Positions 52,739 to 62,230 are shown, counted from the stretch's first letter. The stretch: DNA of 64,000 bases from an uncultured Candidatus Saccharibacteria bacterium (GCA_964447515.1 CAYUSS010000004.1:532-64531), one strand, 5' to 3'. The notes: generated by a model from the sequence alone, not told the origin. Translations and numbers: made by a program.

Positions 52739-54385
52739 ATGCCTAAGTATATTTTTGTTGCCGGCGGGGTAATGTCCGGTATTGGCAAGGGAGTGGCAGT
52801 AGCTTCAATTGGAAGAATTTTAAAGAGTAAAGGATTTAAGGCAACAGCAATTAAAATTGACCCTTATATTAATATTGATGCTGGCACCATGAACCCTATT
52901 GAGCATGGAGAAGTTTTTGTGACCGATGACGGGATTGAATGCGACCAAGATGTAGGGAATTATGAAAGATTTTTAGATGAGGATATTTATAGTGATAATT
53001 ATATAACCACTGGCAAGGTTTATCAGACGGTAATTAAACGCGAAAGAAATTTGGAATATAAAGGTAAATGCGTAGAAGTTGTTCCGGATATTCCAAATGA
53101 GGTAATTTCAAGAATTAAGAGAGTGTCTAGAAAGACAAAAGCAGATTTTGTCTTAATTGAAATCGGAGGAACAGTAGGAGAATATCAAAATATGCTTTTT
53201 TTGGAAGCCGCTAGAATGATGAAACTTAGCCATTCAAAAGATGTGCTTTTTATTTTAGTTAGTTATTTGCCAATTCCTAAGAAGATTGGCGAGATGAAAA
53301 CCAAACCAACTCAGTATGCTGCTAGAACTTTAAATTCAGCAGGTATTCAGCCGGATATAATTCTTGCTCGTTCAACAGTTTCCTTAGATGACCTTCGGAA
53401 AAGAAAAATTTCAGTTTTTTGTAATGTAGCTCCTCAAGATGTTATTTCTGCTCCGGATGTTGAATCAATTTATGAAATTCCGGTTAATTTTGAAAAAGAA
53501 AATTTAGGCAATCGAATTTTAAAAAGATTTGATTTGAAACCAACAAAAAGTGATTTAAGAAAATGGAAAAATTTAGTAAAGACAATCAGAAATGCCAAAA
53601 AGCCAGTTAAGATTGGTATCGTTGGGAAATATTTTGAGACCGGCAAGTTTACTTTAACGGATTCTTATATCTCCATAATTGAGGCGGTAAAACACGCTTC
53701 TTATTTTTTTAAAAGAAAACCAGAAATTTCTTGGTTATCAGCAGGAAAGTATGAAAAAGATCCTAGTTCAGTTGAAGATTTAAAAAATTATGACGGCATA
53801 ATTATTCCTGGAGGGTTTGGGACCAGAGGAATAGAAGGAAAAATAAAGGCAATTGAATTTTGTCGAAAAAATAAAATTCCCTTTTTAGGGCTTTGTCTGG
53901 GAATGCAACTGGCCGTAATTGAATTTGCTCGCAATGTTTGCAAAATTAAAAAAGCTTCCTCAACTGAATTTTCAAAGAGTAAAGAACCAGTGATTGATGT
54001 TATGCCAAAACAAAAAGTTCTTTTAAAAGAAAAAAAATATGGAGGAACAATGAGATTGGGAGCTTATAACTGTAAAATAAAGCCCCAAACCATTAGTTTT
54101 AGGGCATACAAGGATAAAGGAAAAAGCGATATCATGGTATCTGAGCGTCATCGCCATCGCTACGAGCTAAATAATAACTACAGAAAGGTTTTAGAAAAAT
54201 ATGGATTAGTGATAGCAGGTGTTAATCCTGAAAAGGATTTAGTAGAAATTATTGAAATTAAAAACCATCCCTTTTTTGTGGCTTCTCAATTTCATCCGGA
54301 ATTTAAATCAAGACCATTAGACCCTCATCCTCTTTTTAGAGAATTTATTAGAGCCTCTATCGAGGTTCGACATTTACAACCTTAG
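52739..54385 (+). CDS. pyrG: CTP synthase
   Basis: [18 protein letters not shown], glutaminase region GLCLGMQ and ..FHPEF... Start at ATG 52739. The 3' end overlaps convergent rpmA by 29 nt. Confidence 0.93.
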   Translation: MPKYIFVAGGVMSGIGKGVAVASIGRILKSKGFKATAIKIDPYINIDAGTMNPIEHGEVFVTDDGIECDQDVGNYERFLDEDIYSDNYITTGKVYQTVIKRERNLEYKGKCVEVVPDIPNEVISRIKRVSRKTKADFVLIEIGGTVGEYQNMLFLEAARMMKLSHSKDVLFILVSYLPIPKKIGEMKTKPTQYAARTLNSAGIQPDIILARSTVSLDDLRKRKISVFCNVAPQDVISAPDVESIYEIPVNFEKENLGNRILKRFDLKPTKSDLRKWKNLVKTIRNAKKPVKIGIVGKYFETGKFTLTDSYISIIEAVKHASYFFKRKPEISWLSAGKYEKDPSSVEDLKNYDGIIIPGGFGTRGIEGKIKAIEFCRKNKIPFLGLCLGMQLAVIEFARNVCKIKKASSTEFSKSKEPVIDVMPKQKVLLKEKKYGGTMRLGAYNCKIKPQTISFRAYKDKGKSDIMVSERHRHRYELNNNYRKVLEKYGLVIAGVNPEKDLVEIIEIKNHPFFVASQFHPEFKSRPLDPHPLFREFIRASIEVRHLQP

Positions 54386-54635
54386 CTATCCGTTGAGATT
54401 TATCAAAACATTTTTTCCGGGATGTTCTAAATTTAACCAGGCCTCCTTTTACTGCATAAAGAGTATCATCGTTTCCTCGTTTAACGTTTTTACCTGGTAA
54501 AAATTTTGTTCCTCTTTGACGAATAATTATCATTCCCGGTTTAACTTTTTGACCCTCAAAAAGTTTAACGCCAAGATATTTCGGCAAAGAATCCCTTCCT
54601 AATTTTGTTGTTCCTGATGATTTTGTCTTAGCCAT
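54357..54635 (-). CDS. rpmA: 50S ribosomal protein L27
   Basis: GRDS.PKYLGVK...[21 protein letters not shown]. No rplU is visible immediately upstream. Confidence 0.9.
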   Translation of the reverse strand: MAKTKSSGTTKLGRDSLPKYLGVKLFEGQKVKPGMIIIRQRGTKFLPGKNVKRGNDDTLYAVKGGLVKFRTSRKKCFDKSQRIAKVVNVEPR

Positions 54636-54643
54636 ATTTTATT

Positions 54644-54898
54644 ATGTTAACAAAACTTATCAAATTTGTCCACCCTGTTAAATTTGCTTCGCAACTATTT
54701 AACAGGGTAAAAAAATATCAAACAGATATAATATTGGTTACTGGGGTTATTTTAATTTCTTTACTTTCCTTTGCCCTTGGATATATAACAGCTAATTATC
54801 AAGAAAAGATACCTTTAAAATTTGAATATGAAGAAACAAAAAGTAGCAATAATTGGAGCGGGAATATGTGGTCTTTATTTAGCTTGGAAACTTTCTGA
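54644..54898 (+). CDS. questionable small TM ORF
   Basis: 84-aa ORF with one TM helix. Its 5' part is a palindromic repeat (54672-54708), its 3' end overlaps the next gene by 77 nt, and the rpmA promoter must also lie here. Confidence 0.3.
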   Translation: MLTKLIKFVHPVKFASQLFNRVKKYQTDIILVTGVILISLLSFALGYITANYQEKIPLKFEYEETKSSNNWSGNMWSLFSLETF

Positions 54899-55841
54899 GA
54901 AAGGACATAAAGCTTGGATTTTTGAAAAAAAGAAAAAAATTGGGCAGGAGGTTTGTTCTGGACTTATTTCTCAAAGAATTTTAGAGTTTATCCCGCACCT
55001 TTCTTGCGCTACTTTCAGTAATTTTGACGCCGAAGGCGTCAAGCATAAGAAAGGTACGGGATTTATTCCAGAAAGCCCTAAATTAATTAAAAACCAAATA
55101 AATTTTGCCTTTTTACATTTTCCCCAAAAAACTATAAAACTAAGGTTTTCTAAAGATTTTTTTGTAATAAGTCATTTTGAATTGGATAGATTGACAGCTA
55201 ATTTAGCCATAAAAGCCGGGGCTAAAATTATTTTAAATCATGATATGTCTTCCATACCTGAAGGGTTTGATAAAGTGATTGGCTGCGATGGGGCTGGTTC
55301 TTTTGTCAGAAGGAATTTAGGTCTTCCAGATCCGGGTTTCCGAATGGGAATTCAGGGTTTTGTTGAACAAAAAACTTTTGAGAATTATGTAGAAACTTGG
55401 CCCTGTGAAAAAGGAGGGTTTATCTGGAAAATCCCCCGGGGAAATGAAATAGAATATGGTATAATTACAAAACCCCAAGAAGCGAAAAAACTTTTTGATA
55501 GTTTTTTAGAGAAAAATAAAATTTCTTTAAAAGAAAAAAAATCAAGAATAATTCCCCAGGGTTTTCTAATTCCAGCAAATCCTTTGGTTACTCTTTGCGG
55601 AGACGCCGCTGGATTGACTAAACCCTGGTCAGGAGGCGGAATAATTTGGGGATTAACAGCAGCTGAAATGCTTCTAAACGCTTTCCCTGATTTTTTATCT
55701 TATCGTAAATTAATGAAAAGATTTTTCCTTCCTAAAATTATTTTATCAAAAAACATTTCTAAATTAATTTATTTTTTAGGATATAAAATGCCCTGGTTAT
55801 TACCTTCAAAAAATAAAATAGAATCTGATTTTTTAATTTAA
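54822..55841 (+). CDS. FAD-dependent oxidoreductase (geranylgeranyl reductase-like) with an in-frame nested-hairpin insert
   Basis: VAIIGAGICGLYLA dinucleotide fold and GDAAGL. Insert 54997-55055: outer stem ACCTTTCTT/AAGAAAGGT, inner TTGACGCC-GAA-GGCGTCAA. Confidence 0.7.
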   Translation: MNMKKQKVAIIGAGICGLYLAWKLSEKGHKAWIFEKKKKIGQEVCSGLISQRILEFIPHLSCATFSNFDAEGVKHKKGTGFIPESPKLIKNQINFAFLHFPQKTIKLRFSKDFFVISHFELDRLTANLAIKAGAKIILNHDMSSIPEGFDKVIGCDGAGSFVRRNLGLPDPGFRMGIQGFVEQKTFENYVETWPCEKGGFIWKIPRGNEIEYGIITKPQEAKKLFDSFLEKNKISLKEKKSRIIPQGFLIPANPLVTLCGDAAGLTKPWSGGGIIWGLTAAEMLLNAFPDFLSYRKLMKRFFLPKIILSKNISKLIYFLGYKMPWLLPSKNKIESDFLI

Positions 55842-55842
55842 T

Positions 55843-56544
55843 ATGACAAGAGAAACCAAAAAAATTCCATTTCATTTAGGAATTATTATGGATGGAAATC
55901 GGAGATGGGCAAGAAAAAAAGGACTGCCTAACCTTGAAGGACATCGTAAAGGGTCAGAAATATTTACCAAAATAGGGGAGTGGGTTTTAAAAAGAGGAGT
56001 TAAAATTTTAACTGTTTATGCTTTTTCTATTGAAAATTGGAAGAGAAGCAAAATAGAAGTGAATTATTTAATGCGGCTTTTTAATCAATCTTTGAGTAGA
56101 AAAAATCTTAAAAAACTTCATCAAAAAGGAATAAAATTACAGATAATTGGCCAAAAAGAAAGATTATCTAAAAAACTTCAAAAGAAAATAAAAGAAGCCG
56201 AACAAATGACCAAAAATAATAAAAAAGGAATTTTAAATTTAGCAATTTCTTACGGCGGAAGACCGGAAATTATTCAGGCAGTTAAAAATATTATTAAAAA
56301 GAAAACTCCTCCCAATAAAATTACTGAAGATTTAATTAATCAAAATCTTTGGACAGCCGGCTTGCCTTACCCCGATTTAATTATCCGTACCGCGGGGGTC
56401 CAACGTCTTTCTAATTTTTTAACTTGGCAGTCAGCTTATTCTGAATTTTATTTTACCAAAACATATTGGCCAGATTTTACAGAAAAAGACTTAGATAAGG
56501 CCTTAGCAGATTTCGCTCTCCGCCAAAGAAGATTCGGAAGATAA
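55843..56544 (+). CDS. uppS: undecaprenyl diphosphate synthase
   Basis: HLGIIMDGNRRWA, and RTAGVQRLSNFL.WQ..YSEF. Confidence 0.92.
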   Translation: MTRETKKIPFHLGIIMDGNRRWARKKGLPNLEGHRKGSEIFTKIGEWVLKRGVKILTVYAFSIENWKRSKIEVNYLMRLFNQSLSRKNLKKLHQKGIKLQIIGQKERLSKKLQKKIKEAEQMTKNNKKGILNLAISYGGRPEIIQAVKNIIKKKTPPNKITEDLINQNLWTAGLPYPDLIIRTAGVQRLSNFLTWQSAYSEFYFTKTYWPDFTEKDLDKALADFALRQRRFGR

Positions 56545-56548
56545 TAAT

Positions 56549-57247
56549 ATGATAAAAATTGAGATTTTAGGAACAGCTGCTAATTGGTCAAAGCCGTTTA
56601 AAACCAGAAAGATAAAAAAGTTTACTTCATGCTTTTTTAAAACAGATTTCAAATTTCAGATAGATAGCGGCAATTCCTGGGATAAAAGAAAAATAGATTA
56701 TTTACTGATTTCTCATTTACATATAGACCATATTGGAAAGATTAAGACCTATCCCAGAAATATTACAATTTGTCTACCGTCTAAAACCTTTTTAAATTCT
56801 TTGGACTCTCAAAGAAATTTTTTGTTTTTAAAGAAAAAAATAAGAATTGGCAAGACAAGAATAGAGCCATTTTTAGTTCATCATTCAAAGAAAACTTTAA
56901 CTTTTGGTTACAAAATTAGTTTTCAAAATTCTTCTTTTTTATGGCTTCCGGATTATTTTTCGCCCTTTAATTACTCTTCTTTCAAAAATTGTGATATCTG
57001 GTTTTTGGGTGCTTCCTCTTTTAAAAGAGATGTTAAACATCAGGGGTATCTTTTGGGCCATAAGTCAATTTTTAATTCCCTTTTAGAATTCAGAGAAAGA
57101 AAAATTTTCCCCAAATCAAAAAAGATTTATCTTATCCATTTCGGCCTTTCAATGTTTCCTTTAAATAAAAAGGTCAGTTTTCTTCAAAATCAATTTCCCG
57201 AATACAAAATGATTTCCACTTTTGACGAAATGAAAATTAATTTGTAG
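56549..57247 (+). CDS. MBL-fold metallo-hydrolase
   Basis: The HxHxDH motif occurs as SHLHIDHIG. Short 232-aa form. Confidence 0.6.
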   Translation: MIKIEILGTAANWSKPFKTRKIKKFTSCFFKTDFKFQIDSGNSWDKRKIDYLLISHLHIDHIGKIKTYPRNITICLPSKTFLNSLDSQRNFLFLKKKIRIGKTRIEPFLVHHSKKTLTFGYKISFQNSSFLWLPDYFSPFNYSSFKNCDIWFLGASSFKRDVKHQGYLLGHKSIFNSLLEFRERKIFPKSKKIYLIHFGLSMFPLNKKVSFLQNQFPEYKMISTFDEMKINL

Positions 57248-57418
57248 TTTTTTTATAGTAAGAATCAGGGCTGTGAATTTCTCCCCTTGACAGGATTTTT
57301 GGATAATATAATATTATTTTTAACAGCCAACGGAGCTCGTCGACCCGTAACTGTTCTTAAAAGGGCTTAAAAAAGCTGAAGGAAAATTTTTAAATTTTCC
57401 TTGAAGCCAGGTCCTAAA

Positions 57419-57559
57419 ATGACTAAAGAAAAATTTTATTCGGCCTTAGATGAAGAAGAAGAATTTACCGGAGATGAAAGCGATTTAGAAAAGAAAGAAG
57501 AAGATGATGATGATGAAGAAGAAGCTGGCTTTTTAGACGAAGACGAGGAAGATATCTAA
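57419..57559 (+). CDS. 46-aa highly acidic small protein
   Basis: MTKEKFYSALDEEEEFTGDESDLEKKEEDDDDEEEAGFLDEDEEDI. Preceded by a structured leader of about 100 nt and followed by the AAGAACC element. Too short for the ORF track. Confidence 0.4.
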   Translation: MTKEKFYSALDEEEEFTGDESDLEKKEEDDDDEEEAGFLDEDEEDI

Positions 57560-57580
57560 GAACTGAAGAAAGATTGAAAT

Positions 57581-57621
57581 AAGAACCTCTCGCTTCGCTC
57601 GAGAACCTTGATTCGCTAAGG
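57581..57621 (+). repeat. AAGAACC-hairpin-GAACCTTGATTCGCYAAGG element
   Basis: AAGAACCTCTCGCTTCGCTCGAGAACCTTGATTCGCTAAGG. Its first 31 nt are identical to the copy inside murC (16403-16433). Confidence 0.8.
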
Positions 57622-57746
57622 AATAATCATATAATCTTGAATTAAGATTAAAAATCAGCCCTTATAGGGCTGATTTTTACTTCCAAAATTTGTCAAAATT
57701 GGAAAACTACCCAAAGTAAGTTAAAATAGAAACAGTTAACAAAAAA

Positions 57747-58352
57747 ATGAGAAAATTTTTTGAAAAGAATAAGATATTTATCACCATAATAATAGCCGGC
57801 TTGATAGTTGGAGGGGTATTTTGGTTTTTTTGGCCCCAAACTCCAAAAGATTTTGAAGAATTAACTGGCAAAACCCAGGCGTGTATAGATTCAGGAGGAG
57901 TTGTTGGCACTGGATTGTGCTGTGAATCAACAGGTGATTTTCCAGACACTTGCGCAATTGGCGCCTGCGGTTGCGCTCCGGAGTATAGTCATTCAGTAAA
58001 AATCTGTGATTGTGGGAAAGACAAATGTTTTAATGGGAAGCAATGTGTTTATTTTAAAGAAACGCAGGAGAAAGAAATTATTTCCCCCGCTTCATATCAT
58101 ATAGAAAATCCTCCTTATTATAGAGAGGATGGTTTTTGCTGGGGAGCTAGCGCAATAATGTTGATGATGGATCATAGTTTGCCAGAAAATGAAGTTCAGA
58201 ACATTAGAACCGTTCTTAAAAGCGGTCCCGGGGGAACGCCCGATATGTTTATGGGATTCCATGCTTTCGGGGTGATTGATAAGGTCAGGATTGCTTATTC
58301 AAATTTCTCCCTCATTTATAATTATTGTCTTGAATCAAATATCTGTGGATAA
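57747..58352 (+). CDS. membrane-anchored Cys-rich protein with a truncated papain/C39-like segment
   Basis: Signal anchor MRKFFEKNKIFITIIIAGLIVGG, Cys-rich module C..SGG....CC....FP..C.IGACGC.......CDCG..KCF.G..C, then FCWGASAIMLMM. Confidence 0.45.
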   Translation: MRKFFEKNKIFITIIIAGLIVGGVFWFFWPQTPKDFEELTGKTQACIDSGGVVGTGLCCESTGDFPDTCAIGACGCAPEYSHSVKICDCGKDKCFNGKQCVYFKETQEKEIISPASYHIENPPYYREDGFCWGASAIMLMMDHSLPENEVQNIRTVLKSGPGGTPDMFMGFHAFGVIDKVRIAYSNFSLIYNYCLESNICG

Positions 58353-58395
58353 CTTATTTTCAAAAAATTGCTTATAGAGTTAAAATAAAATAATT

Positions 58396-60045
58396 ATGGG
58401 ATTATTTAAGAAAATTAAACATTTCCTTAAAAAAAGAAGACGTTTGGTGATGGGTTTTTTTATAGCGGTATCTGTTGTTTGTTTATTCGTATATTTCGCA
58501 GCCACTCCTAACATTCAATTTGAAGTTTTAACTCCCAAACACCTAATAAGTTCTGTCTATAAGGTATACGGGAATCCCGATATTGGTTTTTGGTGCGGTA
58601 AAACCGTAATAACAAATACAGGGGATGGCCCGGCATATGATTTAAAAGTATCTTATAAAGTTGAAGGATATACCGACTGGAATGAATCTGTGACTTATCC
58701 AATATTATTGTCCGGCAGTACTGTTGTAGATTTATATTATCCAATATTGCCAAAAGAAATAACAGATTTAAAAACTCCTACTCCTTCCAATATTAAAATT
58801 AAAATTACTTATGCCGAATCGCCCGGGGGCTCGCAGAAAGAAATTACTCAAAATAAATCTATAATGATTCTTGGAAGCCGCGATTTTGTATTTAGCAGTA
58901 TCCTTCCGGAAGAGAGTACCGGAAGTTTTCTTGATAATTTCAGTAATTATCCTCTTTTAGCGGCTCGGGTTACTCCGGCCGATCCGGTTCTTATGAGTTT
59001 TGCCGATATGGGGAATAAACTTGCCGGCGGTCCGGGGGCAAGCCTTTCAGATGACGAAGCTATAAGATCCCTTTCGGGAATATGGCGGGTAGCGGTAAAT
59101 AACAGAATACAATACAAAACAGAACCTTTGGCGTTTTGGACTGGAGAATTTGCTCAATTTATAAAATATCCCAGAGACGTAATAAAAGACAAAGCAGGCA
59201 CTTGTATTGATACGGCGTTATTTTTTGCTTCCGCTGCCGCATCTCAGGGCTTAAAACCTTTTATAATTCTTATGCCGGGACACGCTTTTACTGTCATTCA
59301 ACTGCCCAGCGGAACAAACATAGCTGTAGAAACAACTGCTTTGAATGACAGGGCATCCTTTGGGCAAGCAGTAGATCTTGGAAGTAGAGTTTATAATGAC
59401 GCAATACAGGGACCTTATATTATTGTAGATGTTATAACCCTCCAATCATTAGGAATAACTCCTCCGGAGCTTGAAGAGTTGCCTTCTGACGCTCTTGAAA
59501 AATGGGGAATCAGTATGGCAGGAAGCGGATCTTCAGCGCAACCTCAACCCCAACCTCAACCTCAGCCCCAACCTCAACCCGAACCTCAACCTCAACCCGG
59601 ACCCCAGCCCCAACCCGGAGAAGAAGATTATGTTAACTATGCCAATCCTTATTATCCGGAATGGAATATTTCTTATCCAAATAGTTGGTCAATTCTCCAG
59701 TGGGTGAATGAGATTGATTTATATTCTCCTTCCAAGCAAGTGAGATTTGTTATAGCTTGGGGTTATGGAATGAGCGCCGACCAAGCCAGAAGCACTATGG
59801 AAAATTTTGTGCTGAAGCCGATGGGTGTCCAGACAACAAACGAAAACCCGGATAATGTTTGCGGCATTTCAGCTACTGAAGTGGAATATCAAGGCACGAC
59901 TAACGGTGTAACTTATCTTTTTTACGCTAGATATTTTCAGGCAAAAAATCACGGATTTGCTATTATATATAATTTTCCCAACGACGCGAACTCTAAAAGT
60001 AATTCAGAAACTTGTGAAACCGTTTTGAGAAATTTTGCTCTATAA
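58396..60045 (+). CDS. membrane-anchored transglutaminase-like protein with a (PQ)n linker
   Basis: TM anchor. Cys-His core GTCIDTALFFASAA...LMPGHAFTV. Low-complexity tract QPQPQPQPQPQPQPEPQPQPGPQPQPG encoded at 59536-59615. Confidence 0.55.
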   Translation: MGLFKKIKHFLKKRRRLVMGFFIAVSVVCLFVYFAATPNIQFEVLTPKHLISSVYKVYGNPDIGFWCGKTVITNTGDGPAYDLKVSYKVEGYTDWNESVTYPILLSGSTVVDLYYPILPKEITDLKTPTPSNIKIKITYAESPGGSQKEITQNKSIMILGSRDFVFSSILPEESTGSFLDNFSNYPLLAARVTPADPVLMSFADMGNKLAGGPGASLSDDEAIRSLSGIWRVAVNNRIQYKTEPLAFWTGEFAQFIKYPRDVIKDKAGTCIDTALFFASAAASQGLKPFIILMPGHAFTVIQLPSGTNIAVETTALNDRASFGQAVDLGSRVYNDAIQGPYIIVDVITLQSLGITPPELEELPSDALEKWGISMAGSGSSAQPQPQPQPQPQPQPEPQPQPGPQPQPGEEDYVNYANPYYPEWNISYPNSWSILQWVNEIDLYSPSKQVRFVIAWGYGMSADQARSTMENFVLKPMGVQTTNENPDNVCGISATEVEYQGTTNGVTYLFYARYFQAKNHGFAIIYNFPNDANSKSNSETCETVLRNFAL

Positions 60046-60057
60046 TTTTTTAGAACC

Positions 60058-60813
60058 ATGAAAGAAATTAAAATTCTATTTTTATTATCACTGTGTATAA
60101 GTTTGTTTGTTTTTATTGCGCCAGTACCGGTTTCCGCCCAACTTCAGCCCGCTTCTGTTTTAGAAATGACAGACCAGACCGAAATCTCAATTTTAAAAAA
60201 TGGAGATGCAGAAATAAAAGAAACATTAAGTATGTCGCCCAGCGCTTTTATCAACTTTAAACAGAGATTCCCGGTCTTCAGCACCTTTACCCGATTGTTT
60301 AAACCGGCAAATACCCCTCTCCAGATAGAAAATTTAGAGATAAATGTAGATGAAGCAAAAAATCAAATAAATGCGGAATATATAATGAAAGGGGTTTCCA
60401 TAAATAACGGAGATTATTGGGCAACCCAGGCTCTTTCACCCGACCCTAAGCAAAAACCAAATTTAGTTTCCCAAAATGGAAATATCTTGGTTTTTAGTTC
60501 TGTTACCGAAACAGCCCTGGGTATTAAACTAACATCAACTACCACAATCAAACTTCCGGAAGGGGCAAAGAACATTAACTTTGACGCTGAAACAAACGCT
60601 ATAGGTTATGCGTTAGCCGGCCAGGGCACAGGGGGCAATTCTGTCTTTCTCACATTAGCTTTAATTTTTATGGCCTTAGCTGTTTTTAGCTATTTTTTCC
60701 TGAAAGAAAAAAAAGAGGAAAAATCTATTCCAGAAACCCAGATTAAACCCCAAAATCTGCCAATTGAAGAAGAAAAAAACATTTCAGATTCTTCAGAAAG
60801 TAAATGGAGCTAG
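60058..60813 (+). CDS. secreted protein with a C-terminal TM anchor, function unknown
   Basis: Signal peptide ending VSAQ, and C-terminal helix VFLTLALIFMALAVFSYFF followed by an acidic tail. Confidence 0.5.
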   Translation: MKEIKILFLLSLCISLFVFIAPVPVSAQLQPASVLEMTDQTEISILKNGDAEIKETLSMSPSAFINFKQRFPVFSTFTRLFKPANTPLQIENLEINVDEAKNQINAEYIMKGVSINNGDYWATQALSPDPKQKPNLVSQNGNILVFSSVTETALGIKLTSTTTIKLPEGAKNINFDAETNAIGYALAGQGTGGNSVFLTLALIFMALAVFSYFFLKEKKEEKSIPETQIKPQNLPIEEEKNISDSSESKWS

Positions 60814-60951
60814 TAATTGCTTAACTTGATTAAGCAATTATAGTTAAACAGCAGAGACTTGCTCTCTGTTTTTTTTAATCAAAAACCCATCTTGAAAAAC
60901 TCCAATTTTTAACCTAAAATGAAATAAAATTATAGAAGGCTGACACCTTAT

Positions 60952-61015
60952 ATAATTGCGGCACTCGGTCGAAAAAGAAAAATGAATTTTTCTTTTCCTC
61001 CCTCACTTGCAATTA
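60952..61015 (+). promoter_or_regulatory. second copy of the 64-nt leader motif; its 3' stem abuts the nuclease start codon
   Basis: ATAATTGCGGCACTCGGTCGAAAAAGAAAAATGAATTTTTCTTTTCCTCCCTCACTTGCAATTA, with ATG at 61015-61017. Confidence 0.6.
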
Positions 61016-61899
61016 TGAAAAAGTTTTTTGAAAAAAATAAAATATTTATTGCCGTAATAATAGCCGGTTTGATAGTTGGAGGAGCTGTTTATTTTAGTTT
61101 AACTGAATTTGGGAAAGAAAGCCGAGATAGTGGGGGAGAGAATACTGAATGTTTAGCCCCATCTGAAGCAATGGTCACTAAAATTATTGATGGAGATACA
61201 GTAATAGTTGAAGGCGGCGAGCATATCCGGCTTTTAGGCATTGATGCTGATGAATCGGGCTATCCTTGCTATGGACCCGCTAAAACTCGTTTAGAAGAAT
61301 TAGTTTTAAGCAAAAAAGTAAGATTGGAGAAAGATAAAACTGATGTTGACCAATATGGAAGATGTTTAAGATATATTTTTTTAGACGACCAAAATATTGG
61401 CCTTCAATTAGTAAAAGAAGGATTAGCAGTAGCCCGATTTTATGAGCCGGATGTGAAATACAGAGATGAAATTGTTGAAGCGGAAAAACAAGCAATTGAG
61501 AATGAAATCGGCTGTAAATGGAGCAGTACTCCAAAAACACCTTTATTGCCAGCATCTTCAAAAGAATTTGAAGAACTTACTGCTGAAAAAACCAGCTTGG
61601 AAGTAGTTTTCGCCTGCAATGCCGGAAACTATATTGGTCAAGAAATAATAGTTGAAGGCAAGGTTGTTGATACTTATTATGATTCAAAAAGCAACACCGT
61701 ATTCTTAAATTTTGAAAAGCCATATCCCAATCATTGTTTTGTGGGTGTGCTTTTCAGTTCCGACCAATACAAATTCGTCCAAAGCCCGGAAGATTATTAT
61801 TCAAACAAAACCGTGAGAATCAAAGGCGAAATCAAAGAATATGAAGGCAAACCCGAAATTATTTTAGAAACACCAAACCAAATTGAGATAGGGAAGTAA
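61015..61899 (+). CDS. membrane-anchored thermonuclease (SNase-like) with a C-terminal OB-fold-like domain
   Basis: Anchor MKKFFEKNKIFIAVIIAGLIVGG. SNase motifs DGDTV...IRLLGIDA.E and GRCLRYIF..D...LVKEGLA. Start at ATG 61015, not the track start at 60982. Confidence 0.75.
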   Translation: MKKFFEKNKIFIAVIIAGLIVGGAVYFSLTEFGKESRDSGGENTECLAPSEAMVTKIIDGDTVIVEGGEHIRLLGIDADESGYPCYGPAKTRLEELVLSKKVRLEKDKTDVDQYGRCLRYIFLDDQNIGLQLVKEGLAVARFYEPDVKYRDEIVEAEKQAIENEIGCKWSSTPKTPLLPASSKEFEELTAEKTSLEVVFACNAGNYIGQEIIVEGKVVDTYYDSKSNTVFLNFEKPYPNHCFVGVLFSSDQYKFVQSPEDYYSNKTVRIKGEIKEYEGKPEIILETPNQIEIGK

Positions 61900-62230
61900 A
61901 ATCTGAGTCTTTTTTATATTGACAATATGTTTTAATTTGCTAAAATTAAACATAGAAGATAAATAATTATGCAAATATCTTTTAGTATTCAATCCGTTGT
62001 TTTAGTTCTCGTCAGCCTTCTTGAAAGGATTGGAAAAAGGTGTCAGGAACCTTTTTTAGTGGAAAAAATGGTGTCAGGTCTGGTTTTAAGAAAATAGTGA
62101 ATAGCAGGGTAGGGTGAATTTGATATAATGATTTTAAGCTTGTGGGACTTAAGTTTGGGATGTAAATATACTCATCTGATTACCGGATAATAGTTCTAAC
62201 GTTGTCCACGATGCGGAGCCGGGCTCAAAA

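Noticed and set aside
54357-54385. The 29-nt convergent overlap of the pyrG and rpmA 3' ends, considered as a sign of mis-annotation.
   Set aside because: Both proteins have complete conserved cores upstream of the overlap, and the overlap only involves short non-conserved tails. I kept both calls.
57333-57344. Adjacent SacI and SalI sites (GAGCTCGTCGAC), suggesting cloning-vector polylinker contamination.
   Set aside because: The flanks do not match any polylinker I can recall, and the 12-mer sits inside a local hairpin of native-looking AT-rich sequence. It is most likely coincidence.
30655-59615. Possible CRISPR arrays: the TTCAGCG/CGCTGAA array, the heptamer arrays and the CAACCT/CAACCC repeat tract.
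   Set aside because: Units are 6-10 nt with no unique spacers of 25-40 nt and no cas genes. They are simple tandem or iteron-like repeats, or coding low-complexity sequence.
52619-61014. N-terminal extensions of pyrG (from 52619) and of the nuclease (from 60982) in the ORF track.
   Set aside because: The extensions translate the shared leader motif. The canonical protein starts ([10 protein letters not shown].. and MKKFFEKNK..) follow at 52739 and 61015.
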